From: a virus
Lineage: Duplodnaviria > Caudoviricetes
Reading direction: 5' to 3' (one strand)
Length of the DNA: 59,387 bases
Virus record (IMG/VR): IMGVR_UViG_3300003894_000331
Location: 1 to 59,387 of that record
This document shows, piece by piece, positions 26,368 through 35,329 of this stretch (position 1 is the first letter of the stretch; each line of letters opens with the position of its first letter). The notes beneath the pieces were generated by a model. It was not told the DNA's origin. It worked only from the letters and a program-made list of their open reading frames with translations, and ran no database searches. The position numbers were made by a program, and so were the translations under genes.

Positions 26368-27184
26368 GTATATGTTTACCAAGAAAGGCCAAAAGGTTGC
26401 CATTCTTGAAGATTTAAAAGACGGTCAGTTCTTAGTTCAAGAAGTCTATATGGACGATAATGACAAAGAAGTACTTGCCGGAGATAAGTGGGTTGCAAGA
26501 GATCTGCATGATACTCCTCCTCTTACTTATCAGGAAAAACAAATGGAGAAACACCGCATTGAACTCAGCCAAATGGAACAAGAGGTTGAAAATGAAAAAA
26601 GGAACTTGCGTAATGTTAAAAGCACTTTAAGACAGCAAAGAAGAGCCTTTGCATCACATCTGACAAGTGATTTTGAAAAAGTAAAAGAACACATTTATAA
26701 TGTTCTCACTGGAGAATATAAATATGCAGTACAAGACGATAGAATAATACCTATTGACGAGTTTCTATCAAAATCACATCATGGAGAGATGATAAAGCTT
26801 GTTAGCTTGTTTGGAAGCTCTGAAGGAGATTTGGAGTACAGACTATTCAGATACAGTGACGGCAGTGGAGGAGGAATGCCTTTCACCTTGCACACTACTT
26901 TAAAGTCTGCAAAAGAGAGAGTCCTTAAATACATGAAAAATAGTATATCTAATAGAGTAAATTATTCATATAATGAAGTTCTCTATGCACGTAATCATGA
27001 TATTCCTTTGGACAGAGAAAAGTTAAACAAGCTAATTACTAAACTTGTTAAAACAGCAGGTGAGCATGCTAACAGCGCTAAACATTACAGAAAGCGTGAA
27101 GTCGCTTGTTGGAGACAAATAAGATACATTGAAAAATACTATCCAGATGAAGAGTTCAAAAATAAGAGACAAGAATCAGTTTAA
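26354..27184 (+). CDS. Hypothetical coiled-coil phage protein
   Basis: Likely ATG 26354; KLVSLFGSSEGDLEYRL..YSDGSG motif. Confidence 0.7.
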   Translation: MKIYKYMFTKKGQKVAILEDLKDGQFLVQEVYMDDNDKEVLAGDKWVARDLHDTPPLTYQEKQMEKHRIELSQMEQEVENEKRNLRNVKSTLRQQRRAFASHLTSDFEKVKEHIYNVLTGEYKYAVQDDRIIPIDEFLSKSHHGEMIKLVSLFGSSEGDLEYRLFRYSDGSGGGMPFTLHTTLKSAKERVLKYMKNSISNRVNYSYNEVLYARNHDIPLDREKLNKLITKLVKTAGEHANSAKHYRKREVACWRQIRYIEKYYPDEEFKNKRQESV

Positions 27185-28295
27185 CCTGTTTGAGAATAAG
27201 ACATATGCTCAAATAGAAGAGTTGGCTAAAGAACCAGTACCTGAACAGAAAGAGGAAAAGGTTAAGCCTATATCTGACAAAGAAGCTGAAAAAGCAATCG
27301 CTACAATCGACAAAAGATTAGAAACAGCTCAAAAGAAAGCTGATAATATCAATACTGAGGTATCAGGTAACTGGACACCCAAAAGAGGAAGAGAAGCAGA
27401 AGGACGCAGGAAAGATAAAGAGGATCTTCTCGGTCTGATTCATGGATTGGAACAGATTAAAGCAATGTGGGAAGGGAGGACCATTCCTGAAGAGTTAAAA
27501 AAGGTGAGAAGCGTAAATGATATTGAACACCTTCAAAATCTTCGTTGGCTAACTTATAAAGAAGATGATTATGATCATTACAAGGAACGTGTTGAGAAAT
27601 ATCAGAAAACCAGTAAGAGGTTAGGAGTTACTGAAGCTAACTACGAGGTCATACAGTTGCTTATGAAGGATCTTTGTGCAGTTGAGAAGTCAGAGGAAGA
27701 GATTAAAGCAGATAAGCTCAGAGAAGCTCTAAATAACGTCAGAGGTAAAAAGTTTCCTGGATTCTTTCCAACAACGGATCCTCTCATCGATAAGATGATT
27801 GATTATGCTAAGCTTGCAGGTTATACTGAATTAATCATACTTGAGCCTAGTGCAGGTATAGGTAATATTGCTGATAAAATACGTGAGCGTGACTACGATC
27901 ATGACATCCATTGTGTTGAGATTATACCTGAACTCGTGGAAATACTGAGGCTTAAAGGATATGAGACTGTAGCACATGATGACATCTTAGAAGCTGATGG
28001 ATTTATAGAGGATACTCTCTATGACCGTATCATAATGAATCCTCCATTTGAAAGAGGTCAAGATATACAGCACATTCAACATTGCTATAAATATCTTAAA
28101 CCAGGAGGAATACTTGTTTCCGTTGCCAGTAATGGTGTAACGTATAACTCCCAAATGAAATACCAAAAGTTCAGAGACTTTGTTGATGAGAATGGATACT
28201 TTGTAGAGCTTGAAGGTAATGAGTTTGCCGGACCAGATGCATTTAATAGAACAGGAGTGCGTACAGTACTCGTAATACTTGAAAAAGATGGATAA
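27147..28295 (+). CDS. SAM-dependent amino (N6-adenine-type) DNA methyltransferase with long helical N-domain
   Basis: GFFPT, LEPSAGIG, IIMNPPF, LKPGGILVSV; likely ATG 27147. Confidence 0.88.
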   Translation: MKSSKIRDKNQFNLFENKTYAQIEELAKEPVPEQKEEKVKPISDKEAEKAIATIDKRLETAQKKADNINTEVSGNWTPKRGREAEGRRKDKEDLLGLIHGLEQIKAMWEGRTIPEELKKVRSVNDIEHLQNLRWLTYKEDDYDHYKERVEKYQKTSKRLGVTEANYEVIQLLMKDLCAVEKSEEEIKADKLREALNNVRGKKFPGFFPTTDPLIDKMIDYAKLAGYTELIILEPSAGIGNIADKIRERDYDHDIHCVEIIPELVEILRLKGYETVAHDDILEADGFIEDTLYDRIIMNPPFERGQDIQHIQHCYKYLKPGGILVSVASNGVTYNSQMKYQKFRDFVDENGYFVELEGNEFAGPDAFNRTGVRTVLVILEKDG

Positions 28296-28431
28296 AATAA
28301 TAATCGACCCTCACCATTGTAGTGCAGAGGAATACGTAGACCTTCAGGATTATCTGACAGACAATCACTGGGATTGGCAGAAAGGTAAAATCATTCACTG
28401 GACAGATTTAAGGTATGAGCATAGCAGATAA
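28288..28431 (+). CDS. Small hypothetical protein, 47 aa (not in ORF track)
   Basis: MDKIIIDPHHCSAEEYVDLQDYLTDNHWDWQKGKIIHWTDLRYEHSR overlaps both neighbours and fills the gap. Confidence 0.6.
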   Translation: MDKIIIDPHHCSAEEYVDLQDYLTDNHWDWQKGKIIHWTDLRYEHSR

Positions 28432-28855
28432 ATTGGATGCTATATTCCAGCGTCCCAAAGGTGAGAGATTCACAGAAGAGGAAAAGAGGTTTATAAAATC
28501 AGTCTATCCGAAAAAGAAGTTCAGGATTCTGTATGTCATATACAAAAGAGAGTCTAAAAAGAAACAGAACATAGGAGTAGTACTGGACCAAAATCCCAAC
28601 TCAAAGAGAAGATCACTTGTGATGAACTTATGGGACGTTATAGCTGATAGAGAGCTGACACAATTAGAGTACGATGAGACCATTGAAAATATAGACTGTA
28701 ATATAAAAAGGTTTGTAGTCTGGTGGTACGAGAAAATAGAAGATGTAATTAGTGATGACTTGCATAATTACGGAGTAGAGACTCCTGAAGCTTTTGTCGA
28801 AGAATGCAGAAACAGAGGTTTTACAGGAGCAGTTCAATTAAAACTTGACTTATAA
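28415..28855 (+). CDS. Hypothetical protein ending in QLKLDL
   Basis: 146-aa ORF. Confidence 0.7.
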   Translation: MSIADKLDAIFQRPKGERFTEEEKRFIKSVYPKKKFRILYVIYKRESKKKQNIGVVLDQNPNSKRRSLVMNLWDVIADRELTQLEYDETIENIDCNIKRFVVWWYEKIEDVISDDLHNYGVETPEAFVEECRNRGFTGAVQLKLDL

Positions 28856-28866
28856 AAAACGAGATA

Positions 28867-29436
28867 ATGGTTAATTTAACAATTTACACAGTAAGCGACA
28901 ACGTAGGAGGTTCTCCTGGAGACAGCACCGACTATATGTTCCTTGAGAAACAGGGAGCTATTGACAAGTTCAATGAAATAGTAAAAAATGCTTTGGAAGT
29001 AGATCTCCCTACAAAGAAGTATGATACTTATGAAGAGTCTGAAGAAGAGGATAAGATAGTAATTCTAAAAGATATCCTCGGAGATAAATATGATGACAAC
29101 TGGCGGGAAATAGAGTTCAGCCCTGAAAAATATTTCTATTACGACCATAATCATACGGGTTGGGGTGTTTTATCAATTGTAGAGCATTATATGTGCCCTC
29201 GATGTAAAGCATCTCATAATACGTGTACTTGTATCGAAGATATGCAAGATGGAGACCTTGTATGGATAGAAGATGATCCTCATGTTCACAGATTCGTATT
29301 CAAAGAAGAATGCGAAGAGATGAAACAATGCAACGGACATACTGTTGCTGATATCAAAAGAATGATGGAAAGTAATCCTGGTGCGATAAGAATAATGCCA
29401 CGTGAAATCACAAAAACCGATCAAGATGAAGTATAA
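28867..29436 (+). CDS. Acidic hypothetical protein with Cys cluster
   Basis: CPRC...CTC. Confidence 0.7.
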   Translation: MVNLTIYTVSDNVGGSPGDSTDYMFLEKQGAIDKFNEIVKNALEVDLPTKKYDTYEESEEEDKIVILKDILGDKYDDNWREIEFSPEKYFYYDHNHTGWGVLSIVEHYMCPRCKASHNTCTCIEDMQDGDLVWIEDDPHVHRFVFKEECEEMKQCNGHTVADIKRMMESNPGAIRIMPREITKTDQDEV

Positions 29437-29713
29437 GATCAAAATAACCGTAACTGATGTTTACGAAGCAGAAATGGACGTAGAAGCTGATAATTTAAGT
29501 CAAGCTTACGATAAGGTGTATGACGAAATAAATGCCTGTCCTGTAGAGTCACGTGGCAGCACAGTAGTAGACACCGAAACTGAGCTGATGGTTGTTCCTG
29601 AAGTTCATGAAGTAGAATCTCTCATGGGAGATGAAATCGATGAAAGAAAGGTTGTCTTAGTTGACGACTTGGATGAAGCTCAAAAGGAATATTTAGGAAT
29701 AAAAGAGGTATAA
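29426..29713 (+). CDS. DpnD/PcfM-like small protein
   Basis: MKYKIKITVTDVYEAEMDVEADNLSQAYDKV; start moved to ATG 29426. Confidence 0.55.
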   Translation: MKYKIKITVTDVYEAEMDVEADNLSQAYDKVYDEINACPVESRGSTVVDTETELMVVPEVHEVESLMGDEIDERKVVLVDDLDEAQKEYLGIKEV

Positions 29714-29715
29714 TC

Positions 29716-30195
29716 ATGAATGAAATATTACAAGATTTAAAAAACACAAGAGACTACTATCAACATGAAGTATTTAAACATGTTGAACAAGTACTGGAGA
29801 GACCTATCGATCATATGACTGAGGACTATTTGGATCCTCAGATTAATGAAAATCCTCTATACAATCTTTGGGATGATAATAACCTAACCAACCATACTCA
29901 CTTGCAAGCTAAGTTTTGGGCCATTGAAGAGTTTATTCAAAGGATCGAAAATAAGTCTAAGAAAACTACCTTTTATGTTCGTGTATATGAACGTGAGTCT
30001 TACACAGGAATATTTAAAGTAACAGAAGTAAATGACTTCAGTGAAGCTCGTGATAAAGTTGATAATTACATTCAGAATGATGGGTTCGGATATCTTGCTG
30101 AAAAGAAAGATACCTACGATGGAGTAGATCATGAATATGAGGACGCAGGAAATGAGTTCGATGATAAATATGTATGGGAGGTGCCAAATGAGTAA
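29716..30195 (+). CDS. Hypothetical protein with C-terminal DpnD/PcfM-like domain
   Basis: FYVRVYERESYTGIFKVTEVNDFSEARDKVDNY. Confidence 0.55.
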   Translation: MNEILQDLKNTRDYYQHEVFKHVEQVLERPIDHMTEDYLDPQINENPLYNLWDDNNLTNHTHLQAKFWAIEEFIQRIENKSKKTTFYVRVYERESYTGIFKVTEVNDFSEARDKVDNYIQNDGFGYLAEKKDTYDGVDHEYEDAGNEFDDKYVWEVPNE

Positions 30196-30538
30196 AGTAA
30201 CAGCAAGATCAGAAGGTAAGAAAGTAGGTTTCATGTTTATGGGGCAATTTATAACAAATCCTTATATGGATGAGACTATGAGAAAGGCAGTTAATCCTTA
30301 CCACTATTATGGTAGACATTACCTGGCAAGTCCATTCTTTGAGCCCTTAAACCATAAGATATTTCAGATGATTCATACACAACCTGATTATCAGCCGTCA
30401 ATATCATATGTTGATGATACTGGTATCTCAGAGGATTATGGTTGGAGTAAAGAAGAAGCCGAGAAGATCCTTTCAATGAGTATTGATGAACAATATATAG
30501 CAGAATATAGAACTATCTTCATAAAGCGTATGGTATGA
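30188..30538 (+). CDS. Hypothetical protein
   Basis: Start moved to ATG 30188 (MSKVTARSEG). Confidence 0.65.
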   Translation: MSKVTARSEGKKVGFMFMGQFITNPYMDETMRKAVNPYHYYGRHYLASPFFEPLNHKIFQMIHTQPDYQPSISYVDDTGISEDYGWSKEEAEKILSMSIDEQYIAEYRTIFIKRMV

Positions 30539-30915
30539 CGAAATCTGAATTCAATGAGTTCGGAGTATGCATGAATTCTGCACCGGTAGTTGTTGCAAGA
30601 GAGGATAAAGCTCCATTATACCTTGTTGAGTATGAATATGGAAAGCTAGGAATTATTATCTTTGAAAGCGATACGGAGATAATGGTCAAAATAAAGAAGT
30701 TCATGGCTGCTTATGGCATTGTGGACATCAAGATGAGGATGCTAAAGATAGTCGAGCTCCTTAGAATACAGGGCTTTCCTGATGACTATATCCTGCATGG
30801 TACAAAGACTGAGATTAAGAAGTACATTGGCAACGCTGTTGTTCCGGTAGTAGCTGAACATATAGCAAAGGCCAATTATAATAGTTTGTTAAACCACGTA
30901 AAACTTACAGCATGA
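30535..30915 (+). pseudogene. C-terminal fragment of a C5-cytosine DNA methyltransferase (motifs IX-X only)
   Basis: DIKMRMLKIVELLRIQGFPDDY...KKYIGNAVVPVVAEHIA; no FxGxG, PC or ENV motifs in this or the adjacent ORFs. Confidence 0.7.
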
Positions 30916-31742
30916 AAACACCTTTGACTTATTATGGAGGTAAGCAGCGTATGCTGAAATTCATTCTTCCTTTAATCCCTGAACACGATTCCTACTGTGA
31001 ACCATTCATAGGTGGTGGAGCAGTGTTCTGGGCCAAAAAGGAAGCACGTGTGGAAACTATCAATGATGCTAAGAAAGATATTGTAACATTCTATGAAGTC
31101 CTTAAAGGTGGACACAATAAGATGTTCTATCGATATATAGACCAATCATTGATGTCACGTTATCAGCACAACAAAGCTTACCGTATATATCATAGAATAA
31201 AGAAACGTCCGTCACGAGCAGAGATTGCCTGGGCGGTATGGTATCTTGGAAACTTATCCTTTAATGGAGACTTCGATGGAAGAATTAAGTTCTCAAGAAA
31301 CCCTGAACGTAGTTACCGGTTCCTGACAAATGGTAAAGACAGGATACTGGATCCTAAAATGATCAAACGATTAGAAAAGACTCAGATAGATTGCAGAGAT
31401 GCTCTCGATGTTATTCCATTGATGGATTCCGTTGAGACATTCATGTACGTGGACCCTCCATATGTAAAATCCGATCAAGGTCATTATGGTGGATATACTA
31501 AAAAGGACTTTACTAATCTATTAGATGAACTGGCACTGTTTAAAGGCAAGTTTTTACTGAGTAGCTACCCGAGCAAACTCCTCGATGAATACGTTGAGAA
31601 GTATGGCTGGAATACGATGAAAATTAAGATGAGTAGTTCTGCTGCTGTACTGCATGGTCATAGATCTGCAAAGACAGAAGTGCTCACCTATAATTATCCA
31701 ACAGATTTTGATAGACAATTAGACTTTTTTAATAATGGATAG
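30912..31742 (+). CDS. Dam/D12-class N6-adenine DNA methyltransferase
   Basis: LTYYGGK, YCEPFIGGGAV, ETIND, YVDPPY, TEVLTYNY. Confidence 0.92.
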   Translation: MKTPLTYYGGKQRMLKFILPLIPEHDSYCEPFIGGGAVFWAKKEARVETINDAKKDIVTFYEVLKGGHNKMFYRYIDQSLMSRYQHNKAYRIYHRIKKRPSRAEIAWAVWYLGNLSFNGDFDGRIKFSRNPERSYRFLTNGKDRILDPKMIKRLEKTQIDCRDALDVIPLMDSVETFMYVDPPYVKSDQGHYGGYTKKDFTNLLDELALFKGKFLLSSYPSKLLDEYVEKYGWNTMKIKMSSSAAVLHGHRSAKTEVLTYNYPTDFDRQLDFFNNG

Positions 31743-32148
31743 AGATAAGATAATAGAGTTTCAATCTAATTTTCAGGCTGCTAATATGTTCATTCACATG
31801 AATAACCTTATGGCATTAGTATCCCAATCCAAGAAGGTACAAGTATTCCACATGGCTTTATATGCAGTAGGACGTGCTCCTCGAAGAATGGGTAACACAA
31901 CCAGAGTAGTGGATCTTGCAATACAGTTTCTCTTTTTATATGGAGAGTTGAGAATAGAATGGATACGTTTGGATGAAGAGAACTGGCAAATGGCAGAACA
32001 TACATGGGCTATGATAAGGAGGAGGTTAGCCAACGAACATGCTAGCAAGTCGTGTCCTATATTCATGAACAGTAAACAGATAGTTGTAATTATTAAACCT
32101 AATCCACTTGAAACAGAATGCAGCACAAAAACGACTACTATACAATAG
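31735..32148 (+). CDS. Hypothetical protein with degenerate P-loop-like motif
   Basis: PRRMGNTTRVVDLAIQFLF. Confidence 0.6.
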   Translation: MDRDKIIEFQSNFQAANMFIHMNNLMALVSQSKKVQVFHMALYAVGRAPRRMGNTTRVVDLAIQFLFLYGELRIEWIRLDEENWQMAEHTWAMIRRRLANEHASKSCPIFMNSKQIVVIIKPNPLETECSTKTTTIQ

Positions 32149-32678
32149 GGTATATTAAAACGATATATCCAGTAGAAGAAAATAAGGGCTACAAAAAGAG
32201 GACATTCGTGCTCCGTAATGTGTTTCGTAAAAGAAATAAATGGCATGTAACTGACCTTGTATTTGTAGCCACAGGAGAAGCAATAGAGCAATTAGAGATG
32301 CTTTATGTTAATCTGGAGGTAATAGTCAACTTTAGCATTAAAAGCCGTCCATGGATAAAAGATGGCGTACATCAGCAAAGAAATGGCAAAGACATATACT
32401 TCATTGAGCATAATGCATGGAAGATATTCTCACATACTAACAGAACGGCTAAACCCGAAGTTTGGGAATTGAAAGATTTCCAAGAAGTAGGTTCTACCAA
32501 CAAAGAGGTAGAGAACGAAGATACTCAGGTTAACCAGGAAATTAAAAGGAGAAACCCTGATAACAGGAGGTACGATCATGACAAATATGACAGAAGAAGT
32601 GATTATTCACCGGTAGACAACGGAAATGAAGGGGAGACAACTCCTGATCCTTACATTGACGATGACCTGCCATTTTAA
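32118..32678 (+). CDS. SSB-like OB-fold protein (DUF3127-like)
   Basis: IGYIKTIYP...YKKRTFVL...VIVNFSIKSRPW...HNAWKI; acidic tail DDDLPF. Confidence 0.75.
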   Translation: MQHKNDYYTIGYIKTIYPVEENKGYKKRTFVLRNVFRKRNKWHVTDLVFVATGEAIEQLEMLYVNLEVIVNFSIKSRPWIKDGVHQQRNGKDIYFIEHNAWKIFSHTNRTAKPEVWELKDFQEVGSTNKEVENEDTQVNQEIKRRNPDNRRYDHDKYDRRSDYSPVDNGNEGETTPDPYIDDDLPF

Positions 32679-32685
32679 ATAACAT

Positions 32686-33150
32686 ATGAAGAAAATAAAT
32701 AAATATTACATCCCGGAATTAACAGATTTTATTCCTGATATTACTTATGAGACGTTATACCAAAAGCATAGACTTGATTTTAGTAACGGTATGCCTGAAA
32801 TGGTTCCTGTTTCAGATAAAAAGGAATGGCATACTGATAAGATCATTGACGGCCTAGTTCATTCGATATGTCATATAACCAAACATATGCGTGAAGGAAC
32901 GTTCAGAGTTAAGAAGCTTTGTATCGATGACTTTGTTGAACTTGACTTCGATATCAAAAAGGAGAACAATGGTATTTATACCCTTACTGGATATCAGGAC
33001 CAACGAGGATTGCTTGTAAGAGCATTATGGCAACCTATTACATCATGGTTAGTGGTTGAAAACTCATCAGGCACATTGTATGCAGGTGAGTGCCTTAACA
33101 CATGGGAGCTAAACTTTATTATTAAACGATTAAAAGTCATAAAACAATGA
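32686..33150 (+). CDS. Hypothetical protein
   Basis: 154-aa ORF. Confidence 0.7.
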   Translation: MKKINKYYIPELTDFIPDITYETLYQKHRLDFSNGMPEMVPVSDKKEWHTDKIIDGLVHSICHITKHMREGTFRVKKLCIDDFVELDFDIKKENNGIYTLTGYQDQRGLLVRALWQPITSWLVVENSSGTLYAGECLNTWELNFIIKRLKVIKQ

Positions 33151-33479
33151 AAGATCAAGAACTATTTCTATCACAAGTAATGATACATCAGAACGATTGC
33201 CAGATTATGATAAGCGCATCTGACGTTGATCCTATAAAATCAGCTACTAAAACAGCATTCACTAAGAATGTTATTGAACGTATCATATGGGATGTGCCTC
33301 AAGCGGAAAAAGTAGAAGAGCGTTTATTAAAAGCCTGGGAAGAAACAAATACTAAAAGTATGAAAGCAAAGCTAGGCAAGGAAACAAGACTTTTGAGAAT
33401 TGCAATCAAGGAGGTAAACTTTCCATATTTAATGTCACCTTTTGCATCTTCTATATACAATGAAACATTACCGTTTTAA
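33147..33479 (+). CDS. Hypothetical protein ending in ETLPF
   Basis: 110-aa coupled ORF. Confidence 0.7.
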   Translation: MKDQELFLSQVMIHQNDCQIMISASDVDPIKSATKTAFTKNVIERIIWDVPQAEKVEERLLKAWEETNTKSMKAKLGKETRLLRIAIKEVNFPYLMSPFASSIYNETLPF

Positions 33480-33739
33480 TGAAGTGTGAGCGTTGCAACA
33501 ATGAGATCGAGGACATAATGGGTCCCGATATTTATATATGCCGTCATTGCGGAGCATATAGACAAAATAGTGAATTAATATTACCATACGGTGTCGTCAT
33601 CTTTACCGGGAAGAAAAAGGAAGTAATAATCCCCGTAACTACTGAGGACAAACTAAAGAGAGTATTAAACAAATCTTCTATGAAACCAGAGTTCAGGCGG
33701 TTTAATCCAATCAGCCAAGAAGTGATAATATCAAAATAA
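33479..33739 (+). CDS. Small zinc-ribbon protein
   Basis: CERC...CRHC. Confidence 0.65.
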   Translation: MKCERCNNEIEDIMGPDIYICRHCGAYRQNSELILPYGVVIFTGKKKEVIIPVTTEDKLKRVLNKSSMKPEFRRFNPISQEVIISK

Positions 33740-33770
33740 GAAAAGGGGCCTTTCGGGGCCCCTTTCTTTT
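33738..33770. terminator. Bidirectional intrinsic terminator at the convergence of early and late blocks
   Basis: AAGAAAAGGGGCCT-TTCG-GGGCCCCTTTCTTTT. Confidence 0.9.
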
Positions 33771-33789
33771 ACTACATCTTTACCTATTG

Positions 33790-35328
33790 TTATGGTAATT
33801 GTTCAGTTAACTGTAATCTATACCATACTTTAATGGTAGCTGAAAATGTAGTTCCTCCCACAGCAACGGGATTTCCTGTTGATACATCCAAAACAAGATC
33901 CTCATTCATCCTAACCTGAGTATCTGTTGCATTAGACACATGATTCATTTTAAACATAAGCTCTCTGTCTACAGTACTTGTTAATGCGTAGTCCTCGGTA
34001 TATAAAGGAGCAGAAGCGTTTGCATGTTTAAGGTTCATTGTGACATATGTCTGATAATATGTATCTGTATAATTTACCTCAATAGAAGCATCAACAACAA
34101 TGATTCTAACATCATTTCCGGCCACTGAAGGACATGAAATGACTGTCTGAGGGTTAGAGTTCAGTTGACTCGCAGTAGTGTGACTGAGCGTAATCTCAGC
34201 GTATTGAAGTACCTTTTCATCTAACTGACCAAATGATATACTGTTATCGATAATAGTAAGTTCATTACTTGTAACAGTTATATATGTGCCATCAACTTTG
34301 TTATCAAGAAAGTCAGGTGTTCCGTCTGCAGATGAAGCTTTGACCTTATAGGTATCAGCAGCAGACTGCATCTCAATCCATGTACCACTGTCTGATAATA
34401 CTTTTCCGGCAACACTTCCAGGAGCAGGAACAAATCCATTAACAGATGTTGTAAAAGCTGCATGAACATGGTCACCCTCAGATACAGTACCAGCAGTAGT
34501 TCCAAAGTTCTTATTATGTGCATCACCTACAGCAACAGTACTAAGCTTTTGGTTAGAATCTGTCATTACAACAAGTGAAGCAGCAAGCTCAGTACCTATT
34601 TCTGGAACCTCTCCAGGATCATGACCGAAGTTCTTATTAAATGCTGTACCGGTAGCAACCTCTTCAACGCTTTCGTAAGTACCATAATCCTTACCAACCC
34701 AAATTTTATTGGCTGTAAGCTTCAATGCCACGTGAACAGTATTATCGACATATTGGAACTGGTTTGAATTCAGATAGTCAGCAGTAGCCTCACCAGATAC
34801 AAGCACTTTTGTACTGGTAATGGTTGTAAGATCATAGAAACCTATAGTAGAGTCTCCATCAGGAGTACCCCAATACTTTCCATTGCCTATAGTTCCTTTA
34901 GGCTTTAATTCCTTAGTAGTTTCATCAAATACAAAATACGTACTCGATGCCAAGAAATCTAACATGAAGTCTTTAGCTCCAGTAGTGTCGTTTGTATATT
35001 CACGCATATGTAAGCCATCCTTTTTAACAGCAGAGCCATATATCGTATACCCCGTATCATCACCTAACATTAGTCCAGGTAATTGAGTTACATCAGCAAC
35101 AACAGTATTGTTTGAGGTGTTAGTTCGAGCTTTAATTTGGTCTGCAGTAGCTTTTAGCACATGCCCTGGCACTTCTGTACCAGCAGTATCTCCTGGTTCC
35201 GATTTCCAGAGTATCGCATTAAATAGTTGGCGAAACATCTCAGAGCTCGGTTTGTTTCCTTTTGAAAAACGATCATACTTGCTACCAGGAGGAGTCGCAA
35301 ACATATCATCTCTTTTGTATAGTTTCAT
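33790..35328 (-). CDS. Tail fibre/spike-like structural protein
   Basis: Internal repeats AFNKNFG / AHNKNFGTTAGTVSEGDHVH and KV...T(A/P)D(Y/F)L; Thr/Gly-rich. Confidence 0.7.
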   Translation of the reverse strand: MKLYKRDDMFATPPGSKYDRFSKGNKPSSEMFRQLFNAILWKSEPGDTAGTEVPGHVLKATADQIKARTNTSNNTVVADVTQLPGLMLGDDTGYTIYGSAVKKDGLHMREYTNDTTGAKDFMLDFLASSTYFVFDETTKELKPKGTIGNGKYWGTPDGDSTIGFYDLTTITSTKVLVSGEATADYLNSNQFQYVDNTVHVALKLTANKIWVGKDYGTYESVEEVATGTAFNKNFGHDPGEVPEIGTELAASLVVMTDSNQKLSTVAVGDAHNKNFGTTAGTVSEGDHVHAAFTTSVNGFVPAPGSVAGKVLSDSGTWIEMQSAADTYKVKASSADGTPDFLDNKVDGTYITVTSNELTIIDNSISFGQLDEKVLQYAEITLSHTTASQLNSNPQTVISCPSVAGNDVRIIVVDASIEVNYTDTYYQTYVTMNLKHANASAPLYTEDYALTSTVDRELMFKMNHVSNATDTQVRMNEDLVLDVSTGNPVAVGGTTFSATIKVWYRLQLTEQLP

Positions 35329-35329
35329 C

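Noticed and set aside
31735-32148. Terminase ATPase subunit (RRxGxTT motif)
   Set aside because: Only 137 aa, the Walker A Lys is replaced by Asn, and there is no Walker B or nuclease domain.
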